Positions 11,451 to 24,109 of a DNA stretch of 64,000 nt are shown piece after piece (within the stretch, counting starts at the first letter, position 1; every line of letters starts with the position of its first letter). The notes under the pieces were generated by a model. It made no database searches. It was not told where the DNA came from and worked only from the letters and a program-made list of their open reading frames with translations. Source of the stretch: Dictyostelium discoideum. Lineage: Eukaryota. The position numbers and the translations under genes are program-made. The stretch lies in NCBI GenBank assembly GCA_000004695.1, contig CM000153.2, forward strand, positions 5,376,001 to 5,440,000, in the 5' to 3' direction.

Positions 11451-12099
11451 ATAATAAAAAAAAAAAGAAACCCGTTTTTAATTCAATGATATTGTTCAAG
11501 ATAATAATAGCAATAATAAACCCACACATAAATAATAAAAAAAAAAAATAAATAAATAAAAAAAAAAAAATGATCATTAATTATGTCTATATTATGGCTA
11601 TAAATGGATTTTTAACACCTTAGTGTGAAAACACATTATAAAAGAATTAAAATTATAATTTTAATTATTTTTTATTTATATTTTTAATTGTTAAAGAACT
11701 TACTAAAAATAAACGTATTTTTCCTCAAATAAAAATAAAAATAAAAATAATAATAATAATAAATAGCATTAAAAAAAAAAAAAACAAATAAAAATAAATA
11801 ACATAAAAAAAAAAAAAAAAATACATTTCTAAATCTTTAAATTTCCTATTTTTATAAAGATAACATAAAACTAATTTTTTTTTATTTTAACTTTAAAATT
11901 TTAAATTTTAAATAATTTTTTATACCAAATGAGTTATACAATAAAAAAAAAGTAAAAGAAAGGAAGAAAGATAGAATAAAAAAATAAAATAAAAAAATAA
12001 AATAAATAAAATAAAATAAAATAAAATAAAATAAAATTAAATTAAATAAAATAAAATAAAATAAAATAAAATAATTAATAATTAATAAAAAATAAAAAA

Positions 12100-15000
12100 A
12101 TGATAAATAATAAAATTTTAATAGCAATATTAATTTTAATATTATTAATTAAATTATCAAATTCATTATGTATACCAATATTAGGTGGTATATGTATTTT
12201 GGAAGGACCATTATTACTTGATGTTAGTCAATTATTTTCAAGTCTTGATTTAAAAAGTAATCCATTATCAATTCTTGGATCAATAATAACGATAACTGGT
12301 AAATTAACATGTGATTCAACTATATCATTATTAGGTGGTACATTAGTATTACAAGGTTTAATTGAAATTAAAGCTGGATGTGTATTTAAAATTGGCAATG
12401 AAACTGTAATTGAAACTTCATCATCACTATTGTCAATGCCATTGTTATCAGTTGAATTTTTAAATTCAAATGGTAATTCATCATTAACATTTAAAAGTTC
12501 AAATAGTAATTCAGCATTGGATTTACAATTCTTTTCATTAAATGGTACAGAAACACCAAAATTTATATTTAATTCAAATAATGTTTCAATTTCAACATCG
12601 TTTTTACATTTACCAATTTCAAGAATTGGTAAAGCTATAGTTAATATGGGTAATAAAATTGGTAGTAAATTAGAGATTAGTAATGATTTTAAATTTGATA
12701 GTTTATTAATACAAAATTCAATCTCACAATTATTATTACCCGATCAAATCGATATTAGTACATTAACATTAACAAATGTTAACAATGTATTAGGTTTATC
12801 AAATTTATCACCAACAATTACAAATTTATATACTCAATTAAATTTAATACTTGATTCAACAAATATATCATTTAATAAAAAAGTTTTTTTAAAGTCAATA
12901 AATTCAATTTCAAGTAATTTAAATTTTTTAAATTCAAATATTATAATTGGTGTTAATAATGGTAATATAATAAATTCAATGATTCAATTTAATGGTAATG
13001 AAAATAATCAAATTTTAGATTTATTTGGTAATTTAAATTTAGTTTCAACAATTTCACCAATTATAAATTCAATTCAACAATTAGTTACAAGTTCAACCAA
13101 TAATAATAATAATGGTATAATTAGATTAAATAATGGTTTAATTAATTCAAATTTAATAATTGGTAATGATTCAAGTTTAATTTATAAATTAAATTGTCAA
13201 TTAATCGGTGGTACAATTGGTGGTACAATTAATTCAATTGGTGGTTTATTTTTACCAAATCAATTAAATTTATTAGAAAAATTAAATTTAAATTTAAAAA
13301 GTTTATTAATTGATTCTGGTCAAATTTTATTAAATAATTCAATTTTAAATATTAAAGATTCAATTGGTTTCAATAACAATGTAATTGGTACAATGAATTT
13401 AACAAATAGTTTATTAGAATTAGGTGGTAACATTTTTAATAATACTTCAAATTCATTTAAAGATTTATTATTAATAAATGTTAAATTATCAGCAAATAAT
13501 TTAATTTTAAATATTGCAAATAATATTATTCTACCAAATCGTATTTCATTAGGTATTGGTTCAACTTTACACTTTGTAAATGGTATTGAAAATGATTTAA
13601 AATTTCAAACAACTTTAGATTTAAATTTATTAAATTCAATTTTAAATACAAATTTTGTTTTTGTAATTTCAACATCATCTTTAATATTTTGTAATGGTCA
13701 ATCACCACCAACTATGATACAATTACATGGTAGTTCAACTTCAACCTATCAATTTATGTGTGATAATAATATGATTGTAATGAGATTAACCAATTGTTTT
13801 GGTGGTTATATTTGTCCTTCAAATGATCAATGTGTATCAAATGAATCACAATGTTCATCAATTGATGATCAATCGGCAGTATTACCAGCTTGTAATGTAA
13901 ATGAAATTCGTTGTTTATCAGGTTGTCATTCAAATATTGATTATTGTAATAATACTCAATGTATAAGTGAGGGTGGTACAATTGAATGTTTATCACCAAC
14001 CACTGCCAAAAGTTTAAAATATAATGGTTGTCCATTTAATTATTTTCAATGTGGTGATGGTTCTTGTCATTTAAATAAATTGGATTGTTGTGTTGTTGGT
14101 ATAAATTGTACTCAATCTTTATTGGTTTCAACATTTGTTAAACCAGAATTATCGTACTCTCCAATTCATACTTTAAAAGATATGAAAGTTCCAATCATTT
14201 CAAAATCGAAATCAACTGGAATTTTAGATATTTATGGTTACGTTTCAATGCCAAGTGGTTTCTTAACTATAAATTCACTAAGTAAATTAAAAATAACCTA
14301 TAAAGATGATTCTTATTTAGATTCAGTAAATGGTGATGAAATTTGGGGTATTGATTCAAATATATCTCAATATAGACAGTCTGCAATTAGTATGATATTC
14401 GATATTTCAATCGATACAATTCCAAATCCAATTTTTAATCATAATATAACATTTGAATTAAAAGTTAATAATCTTCAACTTTTAAATTTATCAAATTATT
14501 GTCTTTACTATATTAATACTACTCAAAATAAATGGAATTGTGAAACTAGTTCAACTATTTCAATATCTCCAAGAAATACTTTGTTAGTTACAACTCCTCA
14601 TTTCACTGATTTTGGTGTTTTACTTAATAATTATAAACCTCAAACAACTCGTCCACCTGCTGGTGGTGGTACTTGGACAAATCCAACATTTACAACAACT
14701 GGTACTACAACTGGTACTACTACTGCAACTACAACTGCAACTACTACTGCAACTACAACTGCAACTACAACTGCAACAGGTAGTTCAAATCCTACTACAA
14801 CAACAACTACTAATCAACAAACAACAACAACAACAATTTCTCAAACCACCAATGGAGGTGATGGATCATCAATTGATACAACAACTGGGGGATCATCAAA
14901 TCCTACTACTACTGGTACTACAACTGCAACAACTTCAGGTACTACAACTGCTACAACTACTGCTACAACTACTGCAACAACAACTGCAACAACAACTGCA

Positions 15001-15276
15001 ACAACAACTGCAACAACAACTGCAACAACAACTGCAACAACAACTGCAACAACAGGTGTAACATTAACAGAAGAACCAATATCAGATGAAGAAGATAGTA
15101 ATAAAAATACAATTATAATGTCAACAACAATATCAGGTGGTGCATTAGTTATAGCTGGTGTATCATCTTATTTTATAAATAAAAGAATAAGACATGGTCG
15201 TGTAGTATATTGGTGGAAACTTAGAAAACCACCTCCCTCTCAACTTGAATTAAGTACAACTACAACAAAAGTTTAA
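12100..15276 (+). CDS. Type I transmembrane glycoprotein with a Cys-rich module and a Thr/Ala-repeat mucin-like stalk, 1058 aa.
   Basis: Signal peptide MINNKILIAILILILLIKLSNSLC. A long N/S/L-rich ectodomain with many N-x-S/T sites. A cysteine-rich block (CFGGYICPSNDQCVSNESQCSS...CGDGSCHLNKLDCC). TTTATTTATTTAT repeats. A TM helix (IIMSTTISGGALVIAGVSSYFI) and a short basic tail. Single uninterrupted ORF. Confidence 0.7.
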   Translation: MINNKILIAILILILLIKLSNSLCIPILGGICILEGPLLLDVSQLFSSLDLKSNPLSILGSIITITGKLTCDSTISLLGGTLVLQGLIEIKAGCVFKIGNETVIETSSSLLSMPLLSVEFLNSNGNSSLTFKSSNSNSALDLQFFSLNGTETPKFIFNSNNVSISTSFLHLPISRIGKAIVNMGNKIGSKLEISNDFKFDSLLIQNSISQLLLPDQIDISTLTLTNVNNVLGLSNLSPTITNLYTQLNLILDSTNISFNKKVFLKSINSISSNLNFLNSNIIIGVNNGNIINSMIQFNGNENNQILDLFGNLNLVSTISPIINSIQQLVTSSTNNNNNGIIRLNNGLINSNLIIGNDSSLIYKLNCQLIGGTIGGTINSIGGLFLPNQLNLLEKLNLNLKSLLIDSGQILLNNSILNIKDSIGFNNNVIGTMNLTNSLLELGGNIFNNTSNSFKDLLLINVKLSANNLILNIANNIILPNRISLGIGSTLHFVNGIENDLKFQTTLDLNLLNSILNTNFVFVISTSSLIFCNGQSPPTMIQLHGSSTSTYQFMCDNNMIVMRLTNCFGGYICPSNDQCVSNESQCSSIDDQSAVLPACNVNEIRCLSGCHSNIDYCNNTQCISEGGTIECLSPTTAKSLKYNGCPFNYFQCGDGSCHLNKLDCCVVGINCTQSLLVSTFVKPELSYSPIHTLKDMKVPIISKSKSTGILDIYGYVSMPSGFLTINSLSKLKITYKDDSYLDSVNGDEIWGIDSNISQYRQSAISMIFDISIDTIPNPIFNHNITFELKVNNLQLLNLSNYCLYYINTTQNKWNCETSSTISISPRNTLLVTTPHFTDFGVLLNNYKPQTTRPPAGGGTWTNPTFTTTGTTTGTTTATTTATTTATTTATTTATGSSNPTTTTTTNQQTTTTTISQTTNGGDGSSIDTTTGGSSNPTTTGTTTATTSGTTTATTTATTTATTTATTTATTTATTTATTTATTTATTGVTLTEEPISDEEDSNKNTIIMSTTISGGALVIAGVSSYFINKRIRHGRVVYWWKLRKPPPSQLELSTTTTKV

Positions 15277-15603
15277 AAAAAAATAATGATAATAATAATA
15301 ATACATATATATACCAAAAAATTAATATCTATTTATTATACAAAATTAAAACATTGTAAATAAACAAAATTATAAACTCGATAAAATTTTAATTATTTTT
15401 CCTATAATTTTAGGTCGGTAAATAAATATCCAATTTTTTTTTCATTTAATTTAATTTTTAGGTTTTTTTCAACCTACGTTTTTTTTTTTTTTTTTTTTTT
15501 GAAAAGTGACCAGAAAATTTTCACAAAAGCTCGAATACCAAACTAAAGTTTTTCCCACTCTTTGATTATATTAAAAAAAAAAAAAAAAAAAAATTATGTT
15601 AAT

Positions 15604-15637
<34 letters not shown>

Positions 15638-15670
15638 CATTTTAAATTATGATATATATATTTTTTAAAA

Positions 15671-17263
15671 ATGAATAATTATTATTATATTTTAATATTT
15701 TTATTATTTATAAATTTATTAATTGTTAAAGGTGATGATGTTCAATGTAATACATTTGTAAATTCACAATCAAATATGGATCCAAGTGAATGTGGTTCTT
15801 CATCAAATAATGCATGTTCAAATATTTCACAATCAATTTTAAATTGTGGTGAATTTAATGAAATTATAATTACAATTAGTCCAGGAAATTATTCAATTAA
15901 TAGTGAAACATTTGGACCAATTACAAATAAGAAAATTACAATTTTAAATTCTGATCAACCAATTATTCAACCATCAGTTATTATTAATTTATCAAAATCA
16001 GTTTCTCCATTTATTAGATATATTCCAACAACTATTGATGATACATTAACAGTATCATTAAATGGTATAACATTTGAAAATGGTATTCAAAGAGGATCAG
16101 TATTATTAAATAATGGATCTGGTATAATTAATTTATCAGTTGTAAATTGTGCATTCATTAATATGTTGGATTCAAGTTATGGTAGTACATTTTCATTCAC
16201 TAATAGTAGTAGTTTAACAACACCAACAACAATTGGTATTGTTTCAATTAGTAAATCAACTTTTTCAAATTCAAATTCAAATCAAATGGGTGGTTTTATT
16301 TATAGTATTAATTTACCAATTCAATTTACAATTGATCAAAGTAGTTTTTTAGGTCAAAATATTAGTGGTACTGGTATTAGTGTTGCAATTTTAAATGGAT
16401 ACTTGTCAGTTTCAAATACAATCGTTAAAGGACTCTATACAAAATATCCATTCTATTTACAAAGAAATAATGGTATTAAATCAGCAATGACAACTTTTAC
16501 ATTTAATAATGTTACATTTAAAGATTTAACCGAAGGTTTTGCTATAATGATAACTGGTGATAAAACAACATCAACTGAAATTAAGAATTGTACATTCACC
16601 AACACTGTTAATATTTCACCAATTTTCATTCAAGGTATTTCTCAAGCAAATATTCAGTCATGTACTTTCACTAATAATACAAATACACTTTCACTATTAA
16701 ATAGTGCAGGTGGTATTTCAATTGAATCAACCACTGCAACTATTAATGATTGTGTTTTCTTAAATAATAAAGCAAGACTAGGTGGTGCAATTTCAACAAG
16801 TTATTGTGATCTTCAAGGCGTTACAATTACAAATTCAACATTCCAAGGTAATAGTGCTCAGTATTTTGGTGGTTCAATTTATAATGTCAATTGTAATACT
16901 ACATTTAAAAATGTTGATTTCTCAAGTTTAGTTACAAATATTTCAACAGTTTATTGTTCAGCTTCAAATATGATATTCTCTTCTTCAAATTTCACAGATT
17001 CTGGTAAAGAAATAAATGATTTAAGTAATCTTGGTATTATTTGTAATTCAAATCCTTGTGCTATTACAATTGATTCAAAACCATCAATTCAATGTCAATA
17101 TAATGAAAATGATTCAAATGATAATAAAGGTGGTTTATCAACTGGTCAAAAAATTTTAATTGCTTTCGGTGTAGTTATTGGTTTAATAATTATAATTATA
17201 ATTATTGTTATTATTGTTAGAAAAGTTAAAAAAAATAGAGAATATAAACCATTTGGTTATTAA
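15671..17263 (+). CDS. Secreted/type I membrane protein with parallel beta-helix (Pmp-like GGAI/FxxN) repeats, 530 aa.
   Basis: Signal peptide. Repeated NxTFxN...GGAI motifs (NCTFTNTVN, GGISIESTTATINDCVFLNN, LGGAISTSYCDL, FGGSIYNVNCN). A C-terminal TM ([22 protein letters not shown]) and an RKVKKNREYKPFGY tail. Confidence 0.65.
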   Translation: MNNYYYILIFLLFINLLIVKGDDVQCNTFVNSQSNMDPSECGSSSNNACSNISQSILNCGEFNEIIITISPGNYSINSETFGPITNKKITILNSDQPIIQPSVIINLSKSVSPFIRYIPTTIDDTLTVSLNGITFENGIQRGSVLLNNGSGIINLSVVNCAFINMLDSSYGSTFSFTNSSSLTTPTTIGIVSISKSTFSNSNSNQMGGFIYSINLPIQFTIDQSSFLGQNISGTGISVAILNGYLSVSNTIVKGLYTKYPFYLQRNNGIKSAMTTFTFNNVTFKDLTEGFAIMITGDKTTSTEIKNCTFTNTVNISPIFIQGISQANIQSCTFTNNTNTLSLLNSAGGISIESTTATINDCVFLNNKARLGGAISTSYCDLQGVTITNSTFQGNSAQYFGGSIYNVNCNTTFKNVDFSSLVTNISTVYCSASNMIFSSSNFTDSGKEINDLSNLGIICNSNPCAITIDSKPSIQCQYNENDSNDNKGGLSTGQKILIAFGVVIGLIIIIIIIVIIVRKVKKNREYKPFGY

Positions 17264-17797
17264 AAAAAAAAAAAACAAATAAAAATAAATTATTATAAAA
17301 TATAATATTTTTTTTTTATTTAACTAAAATTCTATTTAATATTTTATTTATTTTTAGTTATATTTAAAACAAAACAAAGTTATTTAATTTAAATATTAAA
17401 TTACTACTTTATTACTAACTTAATTAATTTTATTATAATAATATTTTTTAATTACAATTAAAAAAAAAAAAATAATAAATAAAATGAAATAAGATAAATA
17501 AAATTTAATTTAAACAATCCAAAAGGATTGATTGTTTAATAATCTTAAAATATTAATTTCATAAAGTTTTAGATTTTACAAACTAGGTACTGGTCTTTAA
17601 AAGACTTTAGATTTAAATAATTTAATTTTAAAAAAAAAAATAAAATTAAATAAAAATAATATATATAAAAAAAATTTTTTTTAAAAAATTATTATTATTA
17701 TTTAGATAAACCAAAAGAATTTATTGAAAAATGTAATATTACAAGATTACTATAAAAATATCTTGTTAATAATATTTTATTTTAATTTTTATTTTTT

Positions 17798-18727
17798 TTA
17801 TAAATTTAATTCATTACTAATTGAAAGTAATTCACAAGTTTTTTCCCATAAAAGTTTAGAATTTTCAAGATTTGAAGCAAATGGTGAAGGTGAAATTTCT
17901 TTTGAAATTGAAAAATATTTACCAGAATGATTTGAATTATTTTCAATTAAATTAACAATTCCATTGATTGTATCTTCAGTTTTTGAACCATAACCAAAAA
18001 AGAATATTGGTGCAATGATATGTCTAGTGAACCAACTTAAATCTCTATTTATTGGAGTTCTTAAATAACCAGGATGAAGTGAATTCACTCTAATATTATT
18101 ATTCTTTAAATTATCCAATCTATTATGTAATTCCATTGAAAATAAAAGATTACATAATTTTGATTTTGAATATTCTCTAAGAGTATCAAAATTTGAAGAA
18201 TCATTATCTGTTAATAATAATTTATCAAAATTTAATGGTTCACGTTGATGAAATTCCGAACTTAATATTACAATATTTCCAAAGTCTTCATTGTTTGAAC
18301 TTGCACCATTTGAATTTTCATAATTTGAAGAGTTTTTAAAATTTTTTAATAATAATAATGTCAATAGTGATGTACCTAAATGATTTACACCAATTGTTGA
18401 TTCAAAACCATCGACTGTTTTTATAAATCTTGGTTGCATTATACCAGCATTATTTACTAATATATCTAAATGTGGTAAATTTAATTGATTGAAATTTTTT
18501 ACAAAATTTCTTATCGATTCAAATGATGATAAATCCATTTCCATTAAAGTTATATCAACTTTTTCATTAATTTCTTTTAATTGTTTTTTTAATAATTCTC
18601 CTTTTTCTAAATTTCTAACTGGTAATATAAATTTATAATTTTCACATTTTTCTCTTACCAAATGATTAATTACTAATAATCCAATACCATCTGTACTACC
18701 TGTGAAAATTATAACTTTTTTTTCCAT
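17798..18727 (-). CDS. Short-chain dehydrogenase/reductase (SDR) family, 309 aa.
   Basis: N-terminal Rossmann motif TGSTDGIG, the NNAG motif, and a YSKSK catalytic motif (YxxxK). Single exon. Confidence 0.8.
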   Translation of the reverse strand: MEKKVIIFTGSTDGIGLLVINHLVREKCENYKFILPVRNLEKGELLKKQLKEINEKVDITLMEMDLSSFESIRNFVKNFNQLNLPHLDILVNNAGIMQPRFIKTVDGFESTIGVNHLGTSLLTLLLLKNFKNSSNYENSNGASSNNEDFGNIVILSSEFHQREPLNFDKLLLTDNDSSNFDTLREYSKSKLCNLLFSMELHNRLDNLKNNNIRVNSLHPGYLRTPINRDLSWFTRHIIAPIFFFGYGSKTEDTINGIVNLIENNSNHSGKYFSISKEISPSPFASNLENSKLLWEKTCELLSISNELNL

Positions 18728-19254
18728 TTTTATTTATTAATTTATTTTATATATTTTATTTATAAAATTTATTTATTTTTAAAAGAAGAAGGTAAAATAG
18801 TGATTTTAGAAAAAAAAAGATAGAAGAAAAAAAAAAAAAAAGGTGATTTAAAGTATTTTTTTTTTTTTTTTTTTTAAATAGAAAAAAAAAAAAAAAATAA
18901 AAATAAATATATAATAAATAAATTGAAAAAAATAATTTAAAATAAAATAAAAATGAAATACCAATATTAATTTATATATTTATCTTTAAATTAATTAATC
19001 TTTTAAAATACAATAGATCTTTACAATATACTATTTCTGTAATAAAAAAGGTTAAAGATTTTGAAAAAAAGGATAGTCTTTTTTTATTTTTTTTTATTTT
19101 TTTTTTATTTTTTTTTTATTTTTTTACTTACAAGAAATTTAACTAAAAACAAATTAGGTCATTTATAATTAAAATTTTTTATATTTAAATTAAAAAAAAA
19201 CATCCCCTATATGTCATAAAAATAAAATTAACAAGAAAAAAAATTATAAAAAAG

Positions 19255-19300
19255 GATCGTGTGTGGTTTGTATGTGTGGTTTGGGTGTTGGTAAAATTTT
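19255..19300. promoter_or_regulatory. G/T-rich G-box / CAE-like element in the divergent promoter between the SDR and CBP20 genes.
   Basis: gtgtgtggtttgtatgtgtggtttgggtgttgg, a GBF-type G-rich motif. It lies about 530 bp upstream of the SDR start and about 700 bp upstream of the 19993 start. Confidence 0.3.
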
Positions 19301-19639
19301 ATTTCTTTAATTTTAATTTTTTTAATTTATTTTAATATGATTTATTATGATTTATTATTATTTAATTTTTAATCAAAAAAAAAAATAAAAATAAAAATAA
19401 AAAAAAAAATAAAAAAAAAAAAAAGAAATTAAAATAGTTATAACTATTTTTCAAATAAAATAATCATTATTTTTTTATTTTTTATTTTTTATTATTTTTT
19501 TTTTTATTCTTTTTGTTTTGAAATATCCGTTGATTTATTTCTAATAAACTCAGAAAACAAAATTTTAATATTTTAATAATATAATTATATTTTTATTTTT
19601 ATTTTTTTTTTTCCAAAATAAATAGTAATCTATATATAA

Positions 19640-19674
<35 letters not shown>

Positions 19675-19824
19675 AAAAATGAAAAAAATAAAAAAATATA
19701 ATGAAAAATATCTGAACTAATTTTATTTTTAGTTAATCTTTTTTTTTTTAAATGAATTTATATAAATAAATTTATTTTTTTTTTTTTTTTTTTTTTTTTT
19801 CCAATTTTTTTTTTTTTTTTTTTT

Positions 19825-19861
<37 letters not shown>

Positions 19862-19992
19862 CTTAAATTGCACACGAGCAGTAACGTCAAAAAAGATATC
19901 TTTTTTTTTTTTTCTTTTAAATAAAAATAAACGAAAATAAAATAAATAATAAAATAAATAATAAAATAAATATATATATAAATAGATAAAGG

Positions 19993-20806
19993 ATGTCTGA
20001 ATTATATTCAACACCACAACCATTTTATTATGATAAAAAATCAGGATTCACACAAGATGAATTTAAACATGCAATAGATAAATCATCAACTATTTATGTT
20101 GGTTACTTATCATTTTATACAACAGAGGAACAATTATATGAATTATTTTCAAAATGTGGTGAGATTAAAAGAATTATTATGGGTTTAGATAGAAATCAAA
20201 AAACACCATGTGGTTTTTGTTTTGTAGAGTTAGTAAAAATATATATAAATATAAATATAAATATAATTAGTAATAATAATAATAATAATAATTAATTTAA
20301 TTTAATTTAATTAAATTTAATTTAAATTTTTTAATAGATATTATTCAAAAGAAGATGCAGCAGATTGTATAAAATATATTAATGGTAGTAAATTAGATGA
20401 GAGATTAATTCGTTGTGATTGGGATTATGGATTTAAAGAGGGTAGACAATATGGACGTGGTTTAAGTGGTGGTCAAGTTAGAGATGAATATAGAACTGAT
20501 TATGATCCAGGTCGTGGTGGTTATGGTAAACAAAGACAATTTGAGATGGATCAATTTAGTGATGTAAATGGTGGTGATATCACTTATCAACAACAAATCT
20601 TACAACTTCAACAATCACAACAACAACATCAACTATATCAACAAGCAAATGCTGGTGGTCCTCAAAATTATTCAGGTAAAAGAAATCGTGGTGCTGATGA
20701 TGATTCAGATTCTTTTAAAAGACAAAGAGATAATAATGGTTCAATTTCTGCTGGTAATACTCCAAATAAAGGTAGATTTAGAGAAAGAGATGAAGAAGAT
20801 GATTAA
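19993..20806 (+). CDS. ncbp2: Nuclear cap-binding protein subunit 2 (CBP20). join(19993..20228,20338..20806), about 234 aa.
   Basis: Exon 1 reads [47 protein letters not shown], an RNP-type RRM with the CBP20 signature. A GTTAGT donor and TAG acceptor flank a 109-nt intron. Exon 2 continues [52 protein letters not shown], the canonical CBP20 continuation, followed by a Q-rich tail. Confidence 0.85.
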
Positions 20807-21048
20807 ATTAAAATTTTTTAAAAAAAATAAATAATAATAATAATAATAAAAAACTGAAAAAAAAAAAAAACTGAAAAAAAAAAAAAACACACAAATTAAA
20901 TTATAATACAACAGATACACACACTCCCCTTCCCCCTTACTCCCTCCCCCCCTTCCTTTTAGTTTTATGTTTTTTTTAAAAATGTATATATATATTTATT
21001 TATTTAGTTAATTTTATTTTTATAAACGAAAAAGTAATTTGTTTTGAT

Positions 21049-22782
21049 TTAATAAAATAAAGTAATAAAGATTAATAATAATAAAAATAATGATGATGTT
21101 GATAATAATTTTGAAGTTGAATTACTTGAATATTTATCTTGATCACAAATTTTACCAGTTTTGGTTGGTAAACATTGGCATAGACCAGTGACAGGATTAC
21201 AAGTACCACTATTACTACAACCTTGTGTTGTTGTATTGGTTGAAGAAGTTGGAGAAGTGGTACCATTGGAAAATGATTGACCTGGGCAAAGTGAATAGAA
21301 TGAAATTGTTGAAGTATCACTATCTGGTGCTATATTATTTCTTTGACCATCAACAGTTATAACATAAGAGATTGGATTTTGTAAAATTTCAACACCAGCT
21401 TCATAGTAACATACAATTGTTGAACTTGTAATTTCTAATACTTTACATGGTTTATCAGCGATTGTAATTGTAGTATTTGTATAATTTGCCCAATTTGTAC
21501 CATAAAATGTGAAATTCAATTTATTATTAACATAAAATCCATTTGGAACAACTGCATCAATAATTGGTTTTTGATAATGTGATTTAAATTCATTCGAATC
21601 ATGATTAACATTATTCCCAACTGATCTTGAAAAAATTGAAAATGAAATTGAATCATTTAAATTTCTTTGTGGGAATTTACATTTTTTATAATAAATATTA
21701 TTATTACTTGATGATGAAGTTGTTGCTTTTGTTGATGATGATGAAGAATCTGATGTTGATGATAATGTGTCATCACCATTGTCATCATCATCAGTATTTG
21801 AATCTTTAATTAAAATTGTTGAACAATTTAATTTTGTTGATGGTGATAAATAAATATCAGATAAGTAACTACCAGTTATATTAATTGTATCACCATTATA
21901 ATTTGGAAAATCAACATTTGTAATTATTGGTGTTAAATATAATGGTAATGTATTTGATTGTTGAGAATTTGCATTTACATAGATATTACCACTTGAAGAA
22001 TCACTATTAATTTTAATTAATAAATTTGTATCGTTAATTGATAAGATATCAGTTAACTTTGTAATGATTAATGAATCATTATTAAAATCATGGATTTCAA
22101 CGAAAACTAATTTCATTGATTGTTTTGATCCAAAATTTGTACCACTAATATTAAGATATTGTTGAGTGGTTTTATTATTATTATCTTTAATGTCAACAAC
22201 TGATAATGATTCAATATTTGGTAATTCATATTTGAATTTAATTGAATTTGATTTTTTACCACTATCAACATTTGTTAATGATATGGTTAGAGGTGTTTGG
22301 AAAAAACTTGGTGGATAGAATTTAACGGAATCAGATGCTGTTGAATTTATATCAACATTTGAACCACCAATGGTAACAAGTAAATGAGTTGATGTTTTGT
22401 TTGTTTCTGGATTTGAATTTGCGTTGAAATAGAATCCTCTAATTGTGATTTCAATTGATGATGTTGGTATTACTTTTGGATCCATACTTGAAATATATGG
22501 TGATAATACAACTGTGGTTATATCAATTACATTTGTACCTTCTTCTTTATCATACACCAAGAATCCACCATTAATTGATTTGGCTGGTGGGAAACATGTC
22601 AATATTGTAGTATTAATTGAACATAGTTGAGTAATATCACCAATATTTGAAAAGGAAATTGTATATTTGTCAATGGTTTTATCAAATTCTCCAGTAACTA
22701 TTATTTTTTCATTTGTTTGACTATAACCACATTTTGATAATATTATTGAATTTATTATTAAAAATAATAATAATAATAATTT

Positions 22783-22785
<3 letters not shown>
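21049..22785 (-). CDS. IPT/TIG-domain plus EGF-like cell-surface glycoprotein (Tgr-like), about 578 aa, with a hydrophobic C-terminus (GPI or TM).
   Basis: The real start is the second Met, at the signal peptide MKLLLLLFLIINSIILSKCGYS. The upstream poly-K in the tracked ORF is poly-A. IPT/TIG signatures are ITIRGFYFNANS and ISGTNFGSKQ. A C-terminal EGF-like module (CSNSGTCNPVTGLCQCLPTKTGKICDQD) precedes a hydrophobic tail. Single exon. Confidence 0.6.
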
Positions 22786-22822
<37 letters not shown>

Positions 22823-24078
22823 ATTATAATATAGAATAATTTATGAATAATTAAATTATACAAATAATAAAATTATGTGAAAAAAAAATTAATATTGAGT
22901 TTAATAATCAAATTAAAAAAAAAAAAAAAAAAAATAAAAATAAGAAAAAAAAAAAAAAAAAATTTTTTTAATTGGGGTTTTATTAATCAAATAAAAAATT
23001 TAAAAAAATATATTTAAAAATTAAAAATTAAAAATTAAAAATAAATAATAATAATAATAAAAAAAAACTTGTATGATTCTAAGCTGTGGTCAATAGAAAA
23101 TTTTGAATATGTAATTGTGGGGTTTTTTTTTTTTGTGTATGATTTAAAGAAAAACCACTAATATTAGAATTTTAAACACATACATTTTGACGGTTAAATT
23201 AAATAAACATGTGGCATACCACCACCACCAACCCCTTGATGTTAAAAATAAATAACAAAAAAAAAAATAAAAATAAAAATAAAAAAATTAAACTTCCCAT
23301 TTTGATAGTGGTGTCTTTATCTATTTTCTGAAATTTTCTATTTTTATTTTCACACACAATCAAAAGAAATATTTTTTAAATTTATGATGTGTAAAAAAAA
23401 AAAAAAGTTTTTATTGATAAATTGTTTTCAGCTTTTTCAAGCTTCTTTTAATTTTCTTTTATATTTTTTTTTTTTTTTTTTTTTATTTATTTCTTTTTTT
23501 CTTCCTCCCAATTTTTATTTGTTTGTTGAGAACCTTTGGTAACCTCTTTGACTTTATATAATTGGTTTTTTATTTTTATTAACTCTTTTCTTTAAATTAT
23601 TACTTCTTTCTGCTGCAAAAATCAGACCTAAACTCTAGTATAAAAGGAAGAGGAAAGCCATTAGCCAAAATTGAATGACAAAAAGAGTTCAAATCTTTAA
23701 AGTTTGACTTCTTTTGGCTGCAAAAATCATACCATTTATTTTTTCCTGATTTATTTGATTTTAATTATAAATATATAAATTCAAACATTATAATTATAAA
23801 AATAAAAAAAAATAATAAAAAAAAGTTATTAACTTTAAAATAAAGTTTTTTTATTATTCATCTGGTTAATATTTTCCAAGACCTTCATAAGTTCTTTTTT
23901 TGTTTACTTTTCCTATGAAACAGATTTTTAATAAAAAAAATATATAAATAAGTAAAAATAAAAAAAAACAGTGGGATAAATATAAAAAAAAAAAAAAAAA
24001 ATGATAAACCATTTTTATCTCTACGTGTCAATAAAAAACAAGTAAAAATAATTAAGACTTAATGCATTTATTTTTGGA

Positions 24079-24109
<31 letters not shown>

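Noticed and set aside
11318-11577. Poly-N and poly-L ORFs
   Set aside because: They are translations of the intergenic (AAT)n microsatellite on both strands.
14612-15061. Tracked 149-aa Q/L-rich ORF on plus
   Set aside because: It is another frame of the ACT/GCA Thr/Ala repeat region of the 12100..15276 glycoprotein gene.
17510-17625. Two short palindromes (AAACAATCCAAAAGGATTGATTGTTT and GTCTTTAAAAGAC) between convergent genes
   Set aside because: They are plausible incidental hairpins in a 3' UTR region, and eukaryotic termination does not use them. Not reported as terminators.
22786-22863. N-terminal extension [26 protein letters not shown] of the 21049 ORF
   Set aside because: It derives from a poly-A tract. 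The real start is the downstream Met at the signal peptide (22785).
23090-23760. Patches in the 22.8-24.4 kb spacer that are less AT-rich than their surroundings (repeated GCTGCAAAAATCA motif, CCCCACAATT DUSE-like motif)
   Set aside because: The DUSE-like site is followed by a T-run after only about 50 nt, with no ncRNA-sized unit. No ORF or splice logic was found. It is probably divergent-promoter or UTR sequence for the flanking Tgr-like and ubc9 genes.
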